From positions 59,064 to 123,063 of IMG/VR virus record IMGVR_UViG_3300017917_004998: a stretch of 64,000 bases of DNA; one strand, given 5' to 3'. This DNA comes from a virus. Shown in pieces: positions 20,147-29,201 of the stretch. The stretch's first letter is position 1. Each line of letters opens with the position of its first letter. Below the pieces are notes generated by a model. That model ran no database searches and had not been told where the DNA came from. It worked only from the letters and a program-made list of their open reading frames with translations. Both the position numbers and the translations under genes were made by a program.

Positions 20147-22048
20147 ATGAGAGTTTTAAATTTTGATGATTTTAGTAGGGTATATGAGGCAGAGACTGGC
20201 GAACCGCTTTCGGAAGATGCACAATCAATATTGTTGCAGATCGGTGTCTTGTTTTTCAATGCATATGGTTATATGCTTGCTCTTACCAAAGATTATCCAG
20301 ATACAGCAAAAGATTTCCAGAGCGTAGTTGCTGCGGGCGCAGATGAAAAATCAGCAGAATTAAAAAAGATCGCTAATAATGTTGCTGCACAGGTTAGGGA
20401 AGAATTTAAAAAGGATGGTGTTGACAAACTGTGGCTTCAGGCTGCGGTTCTTTCAGCTGATGCTCTTAGTGCTATAATGGCGCAGTTTAAGGATAACAAG
20501 GAGGCTCAAGATCTAGCGTCAACTTTATTAAACAAGAAGATTACTGGCTATCTAGATCAACTTAAAAAATCAAAGGAAGAAATTAAGAAAGAATCTGATT
20601 CTTCTGTTGAAGGTGATCAGATATTCGAAGGATTTTTCACTACCAAGAGAGGTAGCGTTAACAATCTGATTAAACAGGGTGTAGTCGTAGATTCTTTACT
20701 TAAGGCAGAAAGTGAAAACGAAGACATCAAACCAGAGGTTCAAAGACTTCAGACAGAACTTGATGGCATACTTGCTAATCTGGCAAAACTATCAAGAGCT
20801 AAAAAGGATGACATCGACCAAAGTCAATTGGATCCTATTGCTGATAGACTAACTGAAATACCTTTAGATTTAAATAGAAAGAAAGAAGCACTTGCTAAGA
20901 CTAACAAATCTTTTGCTGAAGCTAGCACTCTTTTCGTAAAGGCTTTAAATGCTGCGAATAAAGCGATTGCTAAGGAGAAAGAAGTTAAGGACAGACTTGC
21001 TGCTGAAGGTGCAAAGACTAAAGAGGACGAAGAAAAAGCTGGACAGAGCACAATTAGGTTACCAAGAAACATCACAAGAGCAGCAGTTGGCTCAAAAGAG
21101 GATGAAACTGTTGGAAAGGTTCAGCAATTGATAATTGACAAGTTCAAGGACAATCCGGATGTTAATACAGTAGAGCTATTCAAAAAGTTCATGAGGTTTG
21201 GAGCAGATAAAAGATTTGGTGGAACAACCGCTGGTATGATCGTAGCTCTTAAGGCTGGATTTGGATTGGATGACACATCACCAGATATCACGCAGGAATT
21301 ATTGGACGAATTAACAAAGGTTAAACTTAAGGAATCTGAAAATGTTATTTCTGACTTTAGTGTGTTCTCATCAGTCTTTGAGGACTTCAATCCAGAAGCT
21401 TTTAAAAAGGCATCATTGGGTGCAAATCCAATGGCAAAGACAGATTTGAAAATCTCTGACATCAACAGATCTGCTGGTAACAAGCAGGGAGGACAGAAGG
21501 AGGTTGGAAAGGACACTGCAGCAGAAATTGAGAAATTGGTTAACAAGAAATTTGACGAGGAAAAGAAAGCTAGAGTTAAACAGCAGCTGATAGATCTAGG
21601 GGCTAAAGAATTAACTGACGCTAAGGATGGGGCAATCGCTTATTACGGAACAATGAGATTCTATCCGAATGGAATATTCTGGAGATCTACAACCGGAAAA
21701 AAAGGTAAGTTCCCAAGCGATCTTTCTAAGGGATTGGATACTATTATTACCGACGAGGCAGGCAAAGAATCAACTTTGGGCAGAGAGATGAAAAATCCTT
21801 TGGGACCTTTGGCTCAAATAGTAAAGAGTGTTTACCGTGACATCAATAGCATGGGATCTAGAAACAAGGAGCTTTACACCGAGATTTTGCCTTCGTTATC
21901 AAGAAGAGAGCTCGCAACTGTATTAAGAGCTTACAAGGCACAAAGTAAGAGAGGTCTTTTGGATGATCTTGACAACGAATGGACAGATACCAAAGAGATC
22001 AGAGAATTCACTAGAAAATTCGAGGATCTACTTAAAGCAGAAAATTAA
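20147..22048 (+). CDS. Large helical putative head-internal/ejection protein with a possible peptidoglycan-binding module
   Basis: N-terminus MRVLNFDDF..VYE. The segment VGKVQQLI...DKRFGGTTAGMI resembles PG_binding_1. GATATATA lies at 20119-20126. Confidence 0.5.
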   Translation: MRVLNFDDFSRVYEAETGEPLSEDAQSILLQIGVLFFNAYGYMLALTKDYPDTAKDFQSVVAAGADEKSAELKKIANNVAAQVREEFKKDGVDKLWLQAAVLSADALSAIMAQFKDNKEAQDLASTLLNKKITGYLDQLKKSKEEIKKESDSSVEGDQIFEGFFTTKRGSVNNLIKQGVVVDSLLKAESENEDIKPEVQRLQTELDGILANLAKLSRAKKDDIDQSQLDPIADRLTEIPLDLNRKKEALAKTNKSFAEASTLFVKALNAANKAIAKEKEVKDRLAAEGAKTKEDEEKAGQSTIRLPRNITRAAVGSKEDETVGKVQQLIIDKFKDNPDVNTVELFKKFMRFGADKRFGGTTAGMIVALKAGFGLDDTSPDITQELLDELTKVKLKESENVISDFSVFSSVFEDFNPEAFKKASLGANPMAKTDLKISDINRSAGNKQGGQKEVGKDTAAEIEKLVNKKFDEEKKARVKQQLIDLGAKELTDAKDGAIAYYGTMRFYPNGIFWRSTTGKKGKFPSDLSKGLDTIITDEAGKESTLGREMKNPLGPLAQIVKSVYRDINSMGSRNKELYTEILPSLSRRELATVLRAYKAQSKRGLLDDLDNEWTDTKEIREFTRKFEDLLKAEN

Positions 22049-23178
22049 TGAGAAAGATTACTAGCTACCGGGACTTCGTTTCTCTTAACGAGGAGGATTC
22101 AACACTATTGTCGAAATTGGATCAATATCGTCCAATTGCGTCTGGTATTGCTGAAGCCTTTGCTTTGTACGGCTACTTTATTTCATTGGCCGAGGAGAAT
22201 ATAGATTCTGAAGATTGGCAGAGACTGATCTCAGAAATTACCGGTGCTAAAGCTTACGATCAGAAATGGAGTAAGATAATTTCTCTCTCGAAAAGCTTGC
22301 ACAATAACCTTAAGCAGTATTCAGCAGAAAGAAATAGGTCTGTAGGTAACAGGTACATGGAAATTAAGGACCTTGGTGCAGAAGCCATCGGTATTACTGA
22401 AGCTTTAGAAAAGTTCAAAACAGCATCGGACCTCCTGGTTAAAAACATGGAGCCAGCAAAGGTGCAGACTAGATTAAATATGATAGACAATGCGGTCAAG
22501 GGTGTTCAGCCTTTTGGGATCAGCGAGTCTATCTTAAACGAGTCACAGGAAAGACCGGCACCTGCTGAAGCTGCTGTTCTTTATTTTGCAGATAATCTGG
22601 CTTCACAGGTTGTCAACATGAGACTGACTCTTAGAAACCTGGGTGACGTTTACCCTGCTTCAAGATCTTCTGTAGAAGCTACAGAGAACAACATTATAAA
22701 CCCTTTAGCAGATGACATAAAGGGTATATTGGACATGGGAATCAAACACAAGGAAAATCTTCCGCTGTCAAAGTCTGTTAAAAAGGCTTATGCAGATAAA
22801 GGCTGGAGCGTAGAAAACCAGTTCCAAAAATATATGGTGGATGCTTTTGAAGAACTATCTTCAATCGAAGCAAGAATCATTGCAGTATATAAAAAGATTG
22901 AGGAATACAAAGGAACTATTGTCGACAAATATCAGACAAGGACAGATGCTGGTGAATTCATAGAAGCAGGCAACAGAATTCTTAAGGGTGTAAAAGACAA
23001 GATATTGAAACAGCTTCAGATAAAAAGACTAGAAAAGAAATCAGGTCAGATAATTGCTGGCAGCTATGATAGACAAATGAAGAGATCTTTGGACTCTGAA
23101 GATCTCAAAACACAAAGTTCTTTGGTCAATGCAGACCAGCTTAGGGACTACCTAAAGAAGAAATATCAGGTAAATTAA
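22048..23178 (+). CDS. Helical putative head-internal protein, distantly similar to the upstream gene
   Basis: N-terminus MRKITSYRDFVSLNEE. AFALYGYFI parallels FFNAYGYML in the upstream ORF. Confidence 0.5.
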   Translation: MRKITSYRDFVSLNEEDSTLLSKLDQYRPIASGIAEAFALYGYFISLAEENIDSEDWQRLISEITGAKAYDQKWSKIISLSKSLHNNLKQYSAERNRSVGNRYMEIKDLGAEAIGITEALEKFKTASDLLVKNMEPAKVQTRLNMIDNAVKGVQPFGISESILNESQERPAPAEAAVLYFADNLASQVVNMRLTLRNLGDVYPASRSSVEATENNIINPLADDIKGILDMGIKHKENLPLSKSVKKAYADKGWSVENQFQKYMVDAFEELSSIEARIIAVYKKIEEYKGTIVDKYQTRTDAGEFIEAGNRILKGVKDKILKQLQIKRLEKKSGQIIAGSYDRQMKRSLDSEDLKTQSSLVNADQLRDYLKKKYQVN

Positions 23179-23282
23179 ATTTTTTTTCAATTTTCCGAAA
23201 CAAAAAGGCCAAAAGGGGGCTAAAATAATTATCTATGTTACCCCTGGTTAAGAATATATAGTAACCTATCATCTTAGTGGGC

Positions 23283-23454
23283 CTTAACCAAATCTTTAAT
23301 TCTTAAGGTTCTTAACCCAAACTTTAGTTCTTAGAGTGCTTAATCCCAAACTTTAATTTCTAATTAGCTTAATCCCAAACTTTAATTTCTAATTAGCTTA
23401 ATCCCAAACTTTATTATCTAGAGTGATTAGTCCCAAACTTTATTAATTAAAGAA
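23283..23454. repeat. Intergenic tandem array of about six 28-29-nt units
   Basis: Units start at 23283, 23311, 23339, 23368, 23397 and 23426 with core cttaatcccaaacttta. Units 3 and 4 are identical (cttaatcccaaactttaatttctaattag). Confidence 0.9.
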
Positions 23455-23563
23455 GTTTGATAAGATATCACTTTGCCCAAGCTTTATTGATTGTTTAATA
23501 AAGCATTACTTGGGAAACATCCATTTGCACCAACAGTATGATTATTAAAAATAATTAATAATT

Positions 23564-23851
23564 ATGGCAAAGACAACTAAGGAATTTTCATTTTTGGATT
23601 TAGACAAGGAACTATCAAAAATTACTGGGTTTGAAACTGGATCGATTTTAGCAGACAACACTTTTAGTGAGGTTGATGAATGGATCCCAACAGGCAACTA
23701 TTTATTGAATGCACAATTATCTGGAACCTTATTTGGTGGGATCCCAAACACAAGATCCCTCGGTTTGATGGGAGATCCAGGGTGTTTACGAAAAACCCAA
23801 AAGGTTAGGGTGTATGTATTAAAAACACAAGGTGAGTCGGATAGGACCTAA
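23564..23851 (+). CDS. uvsX: UvsX/RecA-like recombinase, part 1 (73-aa N-extein plus 22-aa IntN)
   Basis: IPTGNYLLNAQLSG..FGGIP...GDPG ends just before the second half of Walker A, followed by CLRKTQKVRVYV and a stop. Confidence 0.85.
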   Translation: MAKTTKEFSFLDLDKELSKITGFETGSILADNTFSEVDEWIPTGNYLLNAQLSGTLFGGIPNTRSLGLMGDPGCLRKTQKVRVYVLKTQGESDRT

Positions 23852-24369
23852 TTATAATCAAAATAGAAAAGTTAAGGATTAATAAAAATATGATGGATAG
23901 AATTCAAATAATTGAAGAGCTTAAGGCTTACCCAGATTTTTACAGCGATGTTGATCTAGAGAAATTGACAGAATCTGAAATTTCAGAATTGTTCAATAAA
24001 CACTGTGAGGAATTTTCGGAAGAGATTGAGATTGGGACTGTTTTCAATGATATGAAAGCACAAAGAATTCTGGCAGACACCCCAGATGGATGGATCGAAG
24101 TTGGTAAATTCGTAAAAAAGACACCAAGGGATATACACAGAGTTATTCTAAACGATGGATCTTTAGTTGAAGCTTCGTGCGATCACATGTTTGAAACTTC
24201 TAGAGGATGGGTGATGTCTAAAGATCTTCAAGATGAAGAACTTATCTTAACAAAAAACGGGTTCGTTGGGGTTAAGGAAAATGAAATTATAGCAAACGAA
24301 GAAGTTTATGATTGGGAGATCCTACACGAGAATCACCGATACTGGGTTGGTAATATGTCTTCACACAAC
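23783..24369 (+). mobile_element. Atypically split intein 1 in UvsX (IntN 23783-23848, IntC 23890-24369)
   Basis: Cys1 follows GDPG. IntC has TPDGW, block B EASCDHMF, block F VYDWEI and block G SHN followed by Thr(+1). Splicing restores GDPG-TGKS. Confidence 0.85.
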
Positions 24370-25074
24370 ACCGGTAAATCTTTCGTTTGCCTGAACGTTG
24401 CAAGAGAAGCTCAGAAAAAAGGATATGATGTAATCTATTGTGATACCGAGGGAGCGATCGATAAAAGCTCTGCTATTAAATTTGGTATTGATGCTAACAA
24501 GGTAAGATATCAGCCAATCAAGACTGTAACTGAATTCCAGACCTTTGTAGCTAACCTTTTGGAGCTAGTTAAGAAAGCAAAGGCAAACGGAGCTAATCCT
24601 AAGATATTGCTGATTCTGGACTCTTTGGGTATGTTAAGCACTGATAAGGAATTAAGAGATGCGATCGAAGGTAAGAATGCTGCTGACATGGGAGCTAAAG
24701 CTAAGGAATTAAGAAAGTTATTCCGTGTTATCACGTTGGATCTGACTGCTGCTAAGATTCCACTGGTTTGTACGAATCACGTTTACTGTCTTACAGCAGG
24801 TCACAAAATCTTAATGTCCGATGACACATATAAAAACATCGAGGATATTGTAGTTGGTGATGTTGTTAAAACATTGGCCGGCGATAGAAACGTTTGTTCG
24901 ACTTCTGAGTTTGAAGATAAGGAGGTTATTAAATTGACTCTTGAAAACGGTCAAACCATCGAGTGCACTCCCAACCATAAATTTTTGGTTGAAAACGAAT
25001 GGACCAACGAACAATCATGGAAATGCTCCGATGATTTGGTAGAGGGAGATTACATTTTAAGAACCAGCGAATAA
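23890..25074 (+). CDS. uvsX: UvsX part 2: IntC1 + 139-aa middle extein + IntN2
   Basis: SHN|TGKSFVCL..YCDTEG..LDSLG (Walker B)..NHVY|CLTAGH..ECTPNHKF, then a stop. Confidence 0.85.
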   Translation: MMDRIQIIEELKAYPDFYSDVDLEKLTESEISELFNKHCEEFSEEIEIGTVFNDMKAQRILADTPDGWIEVGKFVKKTPRDIHRVILNDGSLVEASCDHMFETSRGWVMSKDLQDEELILTKNGFVGVKENEIIANEEVYDWEILHENHRYWVGNMSSHNTGKSFVCLNVAREAQKKGYDVIYCDTEGAIDKSSAIKFGIDANKVRYQPIKTVTEFQTFVANLLELVKKAKANGANPKILLILDSLGMLSTDKELRDAIEGKNAADMGAKAKELRKLFRVITLDLTAAKIPLVCTNHVYCLTAGHKILMSDDTYKNIEDIVVGDVVKTLAGDRNVCSTSEFEDKEVIKLTLENGQTIECTPNHKFLVENEWTNEQSWKCSDDLVEGDYILRTSE

Positions 25075-25264
25075 TTAAACCGATTGATGTGGTATATGCA
25101 CACAAAAGCATATACCATGTTTTCTGTAGAATAACTAATATAAAATCATGAAAAAAATAAAGATAATCAAAAAAGAAGTACTAGAGGAAAGAAAGAAAGT
25201 TTATGACGTAACTGTAGAGGGAGCACATCATTATTTCCTAGAAAATGGAGTAATCTCTCATAAT
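24787..25264 (+). mobile_element. Conventionally split intein 2 in UvsX (IntN 24787-25071, 95 aa; IntC 25148-25264, 39 aa)
   Basis: CLTAGHKILMSD..KNIEDI.VGD.V and TPNHKF (block B). IntC is VYDVTVEGAHHYFLENGVISHN followed by Thr(+1). Confidence 0.9.
25087..25125 (+). other. Stem-loop between UvsX part 2 and part 3
   Basis: tggtatatgc (25090-25099) and gcatatacca (25108-25117) form a perfect 10-bp stem, followed by gttttct. Confidence 0.6.
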
Positions 25265-25798
25265 ACAGGGAGTGGATATATGCCAACTAAAGAATCTTCA
25301 GGTGGTGACGGACCTATTTTTGCAATGTCTGTAATCTCTTTCCTTTCTAAAGCACAGTTAAAAGAAGGTAATAGCACAACTAAGACTGGTATCGTTGTTA
25401 CATCAAATCTTAAGAAAAGCAGATTCACAATCCCAGAGCCTGTTAAGTTTCACATCTCATTCCTAAACGGTATGAACCCTTATGTTGGTTTGCAAGATTT
25501 CGTTTCTTGGGAAGCTTGCGGAATTGGCAAAGGAAAGTTTGAAGAAGTGAAAAACGAAAGCGGAGTCAAAGAAACTGTCTTTATACCAAGCGAAAGTGCA
25601 CAAGCCAGATGGGCGGTTAAACACTTGGGAAAAACTATTACGTCATCACAGCTATTCACACCTGAAGTTTTCACCGATGAGGTTCTCAGACAACTTGACG
25701 AGAATGTTATTAAGAAGCATTTCATATTGCCAACAATGGGAAACAATGATGAGATTGCAAACGCTTTGGAAGCTGATTTAGAAGATGAACAGGAATAA
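25148..25798 (+). CDS. uvsX: UvsX part 3: IntC2 + 177-aa C-extein
   Basis: SHN|TGSGYMPTKESSGGDG..SVISFLSK..KSRF..GMNPYVGL matches the UvsX C-terminal region. Confidence 0.85.
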   Translation: MKKIKIIKKEVLEERKKVYDVTVEGAHHYFLENGVISHNTGSGYMPTKESSGGDGPIFAMSVISFLSKAQLKEGNSTTKTGIVVTSNLKKSRFTIPEPVKFHISFLNGMNPYVGLQDFVSWEACGIGKGKFEEVKNESGVKETVFIPSESAQARWAVKHLGKTITSSQLFTPEVFTDEVLRQLDENVIKKHFILPTMGNNDEIANALEADLEDEQE

Positions 25799-26081
25799 GA
25801 TCAAGTTTAAGTATCTAATGAATCTGTGGAAGTCCCTTCCTTCATACCCTACCCAGGAAGATGTCATTTTTGAACTGACCTCTTACCTGGAAAAGGATGG
25901 TAGACCAAATGGAGAATTTTCGCTGCAAACCTTTAATTCTATACTAGGTTCTAAATGGATGGAAACCAAACATTATGAACTAGTACAAAATATGATTTCT
26001 TCCGGGCAATTTATTGAAGTGTCTGGGCAAGGAACGAATAAGGTAAAATATAAACTAAAGGAAAAACCAGAATACATTTAA
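25785..26081 (+). CDS. Hypothetical protein
   Basis: ORF packed between uvsX and the helicase with overlapping boundaries. Confidence 0.6.
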   Translation: MNRNKIKFKYLMNLWKSLPSYPTQEDVIFELTSYLEKDGRPNGEFSLQTFNSILGSKWMETKHYELVQNMISSGQFIEVSGQGTNKVKYKLKEKPEYI

Positions 26082-26082
26082 G

Positions 26083-27384
26083 ATGGATTTATCACATTCG
26101 GAGAATATAATTCTAAGATACATTATCACACAGCCTGCCTATCTTGAAACATGCAGAGCGGAATATTTCAAGAATAGTGGATTTCAGGAGGTGTTTGTCA
26201 TGTCTAAGAAGTTCTGGGAGAGATACCATGAAGTACCTACTCCAGACCAGCTCAAGGAAAATGTTAAATTGGAGGGTAAGACAGACAAAGTATCGCCGGG
26301 AGAAATACAAGCGATCTTTGATGTTGATCTTGCAAAATATCAGGATGATTGGCTTACGGAAACGACTGAACTCTTTATTGAATACAAAAATCTTGTAACA
26401 AGTGCTGTAGATGGTGTTAAATATATCCAGGCAACACCAGTCACTTCTGATAACATCAAAGAGGTTATTAACACCTTTAAGAATATTGTTGTTGAGAGAA
26501 ATAATATAGATTTCTCGTTCGATGAGGGCTTGGATTTTTTCCATCCTGATAACCACAAACAGCTTACACACACAACATTCTCTTCTGGCTATCCTTTTAT
26601 TGATACAGTATTGGGTGGAGGTTTTTCTGCCAAGTCACTGTACGTCTTTATGGGGATGCCAAAAGTTGGTAAATCGCTATGGCTTGGTAATCTTGCAGCT
26701 CAAGCAGTAAAGTCAGGACACAACGTAGCAGTTATTTCACTAGAGATGAACGACAGAAAGTATGTCAAGAGGCTAGGTGCAAACCTGCTTGGTATTCCTG
26801 TCAATGAGTATGGCAACACAGCGGAGGATGAACAGAAGATGAAAAAGAAGATCAGTTCTCTTACATATTCAAATCTAAGTGTTCCTGGTAGACTGTTTGT
26901 AAAAGAATTCCCGACTTCTCAAGCTTCTGCTCTTGATGTTGAACGATATCTTAGAAAAGTTGAAGAGCAGAATGGAATTAAATTCAAGGTAGTTGTCATA
27001 GACTACATCAACATCATGAAAAACTGGAGGAATCCAAACTCGGAAAACACCTATATGAAGATTAAACAGCTTGCCGAGGATATTCGCGGTGTGGCGATGC
27101 TTAACGGCTGGGCAATTTTGACTGCAACACAGACTAAGCAAAGCGATTTTGACTCCACAGATCTTAGCATTAACTCGGCAGCAGAATCGTCCGGTCTAGT
27201 TGCAACTGTAGATGGACTTTTCGGAATCATACAGGATCCAATGATGTATGCAAACAGAGAATATAAACTCAAACTGATTGCGAACCGAGACGATGGATAT
27301 AAAAATGCATACAAAATGTTTAATGTAGATTATACATACATGAGGATCATTGAAAACGGAGTTCCGATGCACGCAGAGGGTTAA
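26083..27384 (+). CDS. DnaB-like replicative helicase (T4 gp41-like)
   Basis: GMPKVGKS (Walker A), SLEM, IDYINIM, TATQ, AESSGL and KLIANRD motifs. Confidence 0.9.
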   Translation: MDLSHSENIILRYIITQPAYLETCRAEYFKNSGFQEVFVMSKKFWERYHEVPTPDQLKENVKLEGKTDKVSPGEIQAIFDVDLAKYQDDWLTETTELFIEYKNLVTSAVDGVKYIQATPVTSDNIKEVINTFKNIVVERNNIDFSFDEGLDFFHPDNHKQLTHTTFSSGYPFIDTVLGGGFSAKSLYVFMGMPKVGKSLWLGNLAAQAVKSGHNVAVISLEMNDRKYVKRLGANLLGIPVNEYGNTAEDEQKMKKKISSLTYSNLSVPGRLFVKEFPTSQASALDVERYLRKVEEQNGIKFKVVVIDYINIMKNWRNPNSENTYMKIKQLAEDIRGVAMLNGWAILTATQTKQSDFDSTDLSINSAAESSGLVATVDGLFGIIQDPMMYANREYKLKLIANRDDGYKNAYKMFNVDYTYMRIIENGVPMHAEG

Positions 27385-27400
27385 AAAAAATAACAAAAAA

Positions 27401-27892
27401 ATGGAAGAAGAAATTGACAATAATATCGAAGAGAATGTAGACTCTGGTGGTGAAAAAAAACAGCAACTTGGAGACAAGATCTTTGGTGCACACAACAATC
27501 CAACATCAGACAACGACTTCAGAGAGAACTTTGAACTTGATACGCAGCACAAATTTCTGGAGGATAGCTTTGATGAGGAAGAGTATTTGCATAGAAAAAA
27601 ATTAGAGGAAACTGTTTTTGCAGCATTCCAAAGCTCTAGGTGGTATCCACTGTCTTACAAAAAGAAGATACCAAAAGATCTAATACCTCATTTGTTTCAG
27701 GATGTGCTTGAGAAACTTGAGGACACTGAATTTGGATTCTCTGAGAAATTTGTAGTCATCTGTGATTTTGTTTCCATTCCGTATACGAAGGCGTACGAGC
27801 TAATCCCTGCCAAATACAAGGAAATAATTATTAACGAGCTAGAAATAAAGTTTGGCATTCTTTCGCGTAGAAAGATTAAAAGATTATTTTGA
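27401..27892 (+). CDS. Hypothetical protein
   Basis: ATG 27401 follows an A-rich leader. The protein has an acidic N-terminus. Confidence 0.65.
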   Translation: MEEEIDNNIEENVDSGGEKKQQLGDKIFGAHNNPTSDNDFRENFELDTQHKFLEDSFDEEEYLHRKKLEETVFAAFQSSRWYPLSYKKKIPKDLIPHLFQDVLEKLEDTEFGFSEKFVVICDFVSIPYTKAYELIPAKYKEIIINELEIKFGILSRRKIKRLF

Positions 27893-29010
27893 TGGAATCT
27901 GTTTTTCCTAGCATAAAAAACGAAAAAGCAAAGAGAGTATGGTTAATAACCGATACCCATTTGGGCGTAAAAAATAGCTCAAATGAATGGATAGAAATCA
28001 TCGATACCTATTTCAAGGATTTCTTTTTTCCACTGGTTAAAAAGCACTACAGACCTGGGGATGTTCTTATCCACTTAGGTGATTGGTACGATTCTAGACA
28101 GAGCGTCAATCTAAGAGTATTAAATCTAGGTGTTGAGATTGCAGAGAAGATGTCGCTCACGTTTCCAGATGGCATTTGGATTCTAATCGGCAACCATGAC
28201 ATATTTGGGAAAAACACAAACGATGTGAATTCGTTAAAAAGCATCAAATGGATTCCTTCTATTACAATTTGCGAAGAACCTGCCAGCATCCAATTGGGAG
28301 AAAAGTCATTCTTTATGATGCCATGGAGAAAAGACTCAGAGACCGAAGAGTCCTGCTTGGATAGTGCAGAATACCACGACTATCTTTGTTGTCACTCTGA
28401 TATCAGAGGACTTAAGTTTAACAGGTACGTGAACGTTGAGCACGGCTCAGATTCAACTAAGTTTAGAAAATTTGGCAGGGTTTATTCCGGACACATTCAT
28501 TATGCACAAGAGTCTGGAAATATAAAAATGCTTGGCTCACCTTATGAGCTAACTAGATCTGATATGGACAATCCGAAGGGTATTACTCTTTTGGATTTAG
28601 AAACCGGGCAAGAAACGTTCTTTGAAAATGATATTTCTCCGAAGTTCAAAAGATATCAGTTTGAAGAAATTCTAGAGAAAACCATAGATGATGTCAATTC
28701 AGATTTCGAGAACAACTTTGTTGATATCATGATAGATCCAAGAATGGCTTTAAAGGCACCACTGAACATTCTAACGGACTCTATAGTAAATCCAAGAAAG
28801 ATATCTTTCCATCCCTACGATCCTAATCAGGCTTCTTCGCTAGAGGAAAGAATGAGATCTACCGACGAGAGACAATTCGATGTGCTTGACTTCATCGAGG
28901 AATATGTCTCACAGATGGATCATGACAAGGAAACCAGAGATAGAATACTTTCAACAATCAATAAATTGCATTCAATTGTAATTACACAGGATCAGGACAA
29001 AAAGATATGA
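27889..29010 (+). CDS. Recombination nuclease subunit (T4 gp47/SbcD/Mre11-like)
   Basis: Phosphoesterase motifs TDTHLG, HLGDWYD, GNHD, CHSD and SGHIH, GSPYE. Confidence 0.9.
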   Translation: MMESVFPSIKNEKAKRVWLITDTHLGVKNSSNEWIEIIDTYFKDFFFPLVKKHYRPGDVLIHLGDWYDSRQSVNLRVLNLGVEIAEKMSLTFPDGIWILIGNHDIFGKNTNDVNSLKSIKWIPSITICEEPASIQLGEKSFFMMPWRKDSETEESCLDSAEYHDYLCCHSDIRGLKFNRYVNVEHGSDSTKFRKFGRVYSGHIHYAQESGNIKMLGSPYELTRSDMDNPKGITLLDLETGQETFFENDISPKFKRYQFEEILEKTIDDVNSDFENNFVDIMIDPRMALKAPLNILTDSIVNPRKISFHPYDPNQASSLEERMRSTDERQFDVLDFIEEYVSQMDHDKETRDRILSTINKLHSIVITQDQDKKI

Positions 29011-29201
29011 AAATAACAAAAATTGAGTGGAGAAATTTTTCCTCTTACGGAAACAGAACCCAGGAATTAAATCTGGGTAATGAATCAAGTCTATTTCAGA
29101 TAAACGGAGAAAATGGTACGGGTAAGTGTCTTTATCCCGATACAATTCTAAAAGTTAAGGTATCCAAAGAAACTTTAGCCAAAATAAACAACTTACGTTA
29201 A
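29007..29201 (+). CDS. gp46/SbcC/Rad50-like ATPase part 1 (40-aa N-extein plus 24-aa IntN)
   Basis: MKITKIEWRNFSSYG...INGENGTGK|CLYPDTILKVKV, then TAA. Confidence 0.85.
   Translation: MKITKIEWRNFSSYGNRTQELNLGNESSLFQINGENGTGKCLYPDTILKVKVSKETLAKINNLR

Noticed and set aside
23283-23454. CRISPR array
   Set aside because: Units are head-to-tail 28-29-mers. The variable part is only about 12 nt, related between units and identical in two of them. There are no unique spacers and no cas genes.
23845-23890. Single frameshift or sequencing error making UvsX intein 1 contiguous
   Set aside because: The ORF2 frame is open for 15 codons upstream (from 23845), so this cannot be fully excluded. However, no canonical slippery heptamer is seen, and the gp46 intein is split at the same structural position with two stops. 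A true split is therefore preferred pending read mapping.
26083-27384. Intein in the gp41-like helicase
   Set aside because: The gene is continuous, Walker A (GMPKVGKS) is uninterrupted and the length is ordinary.
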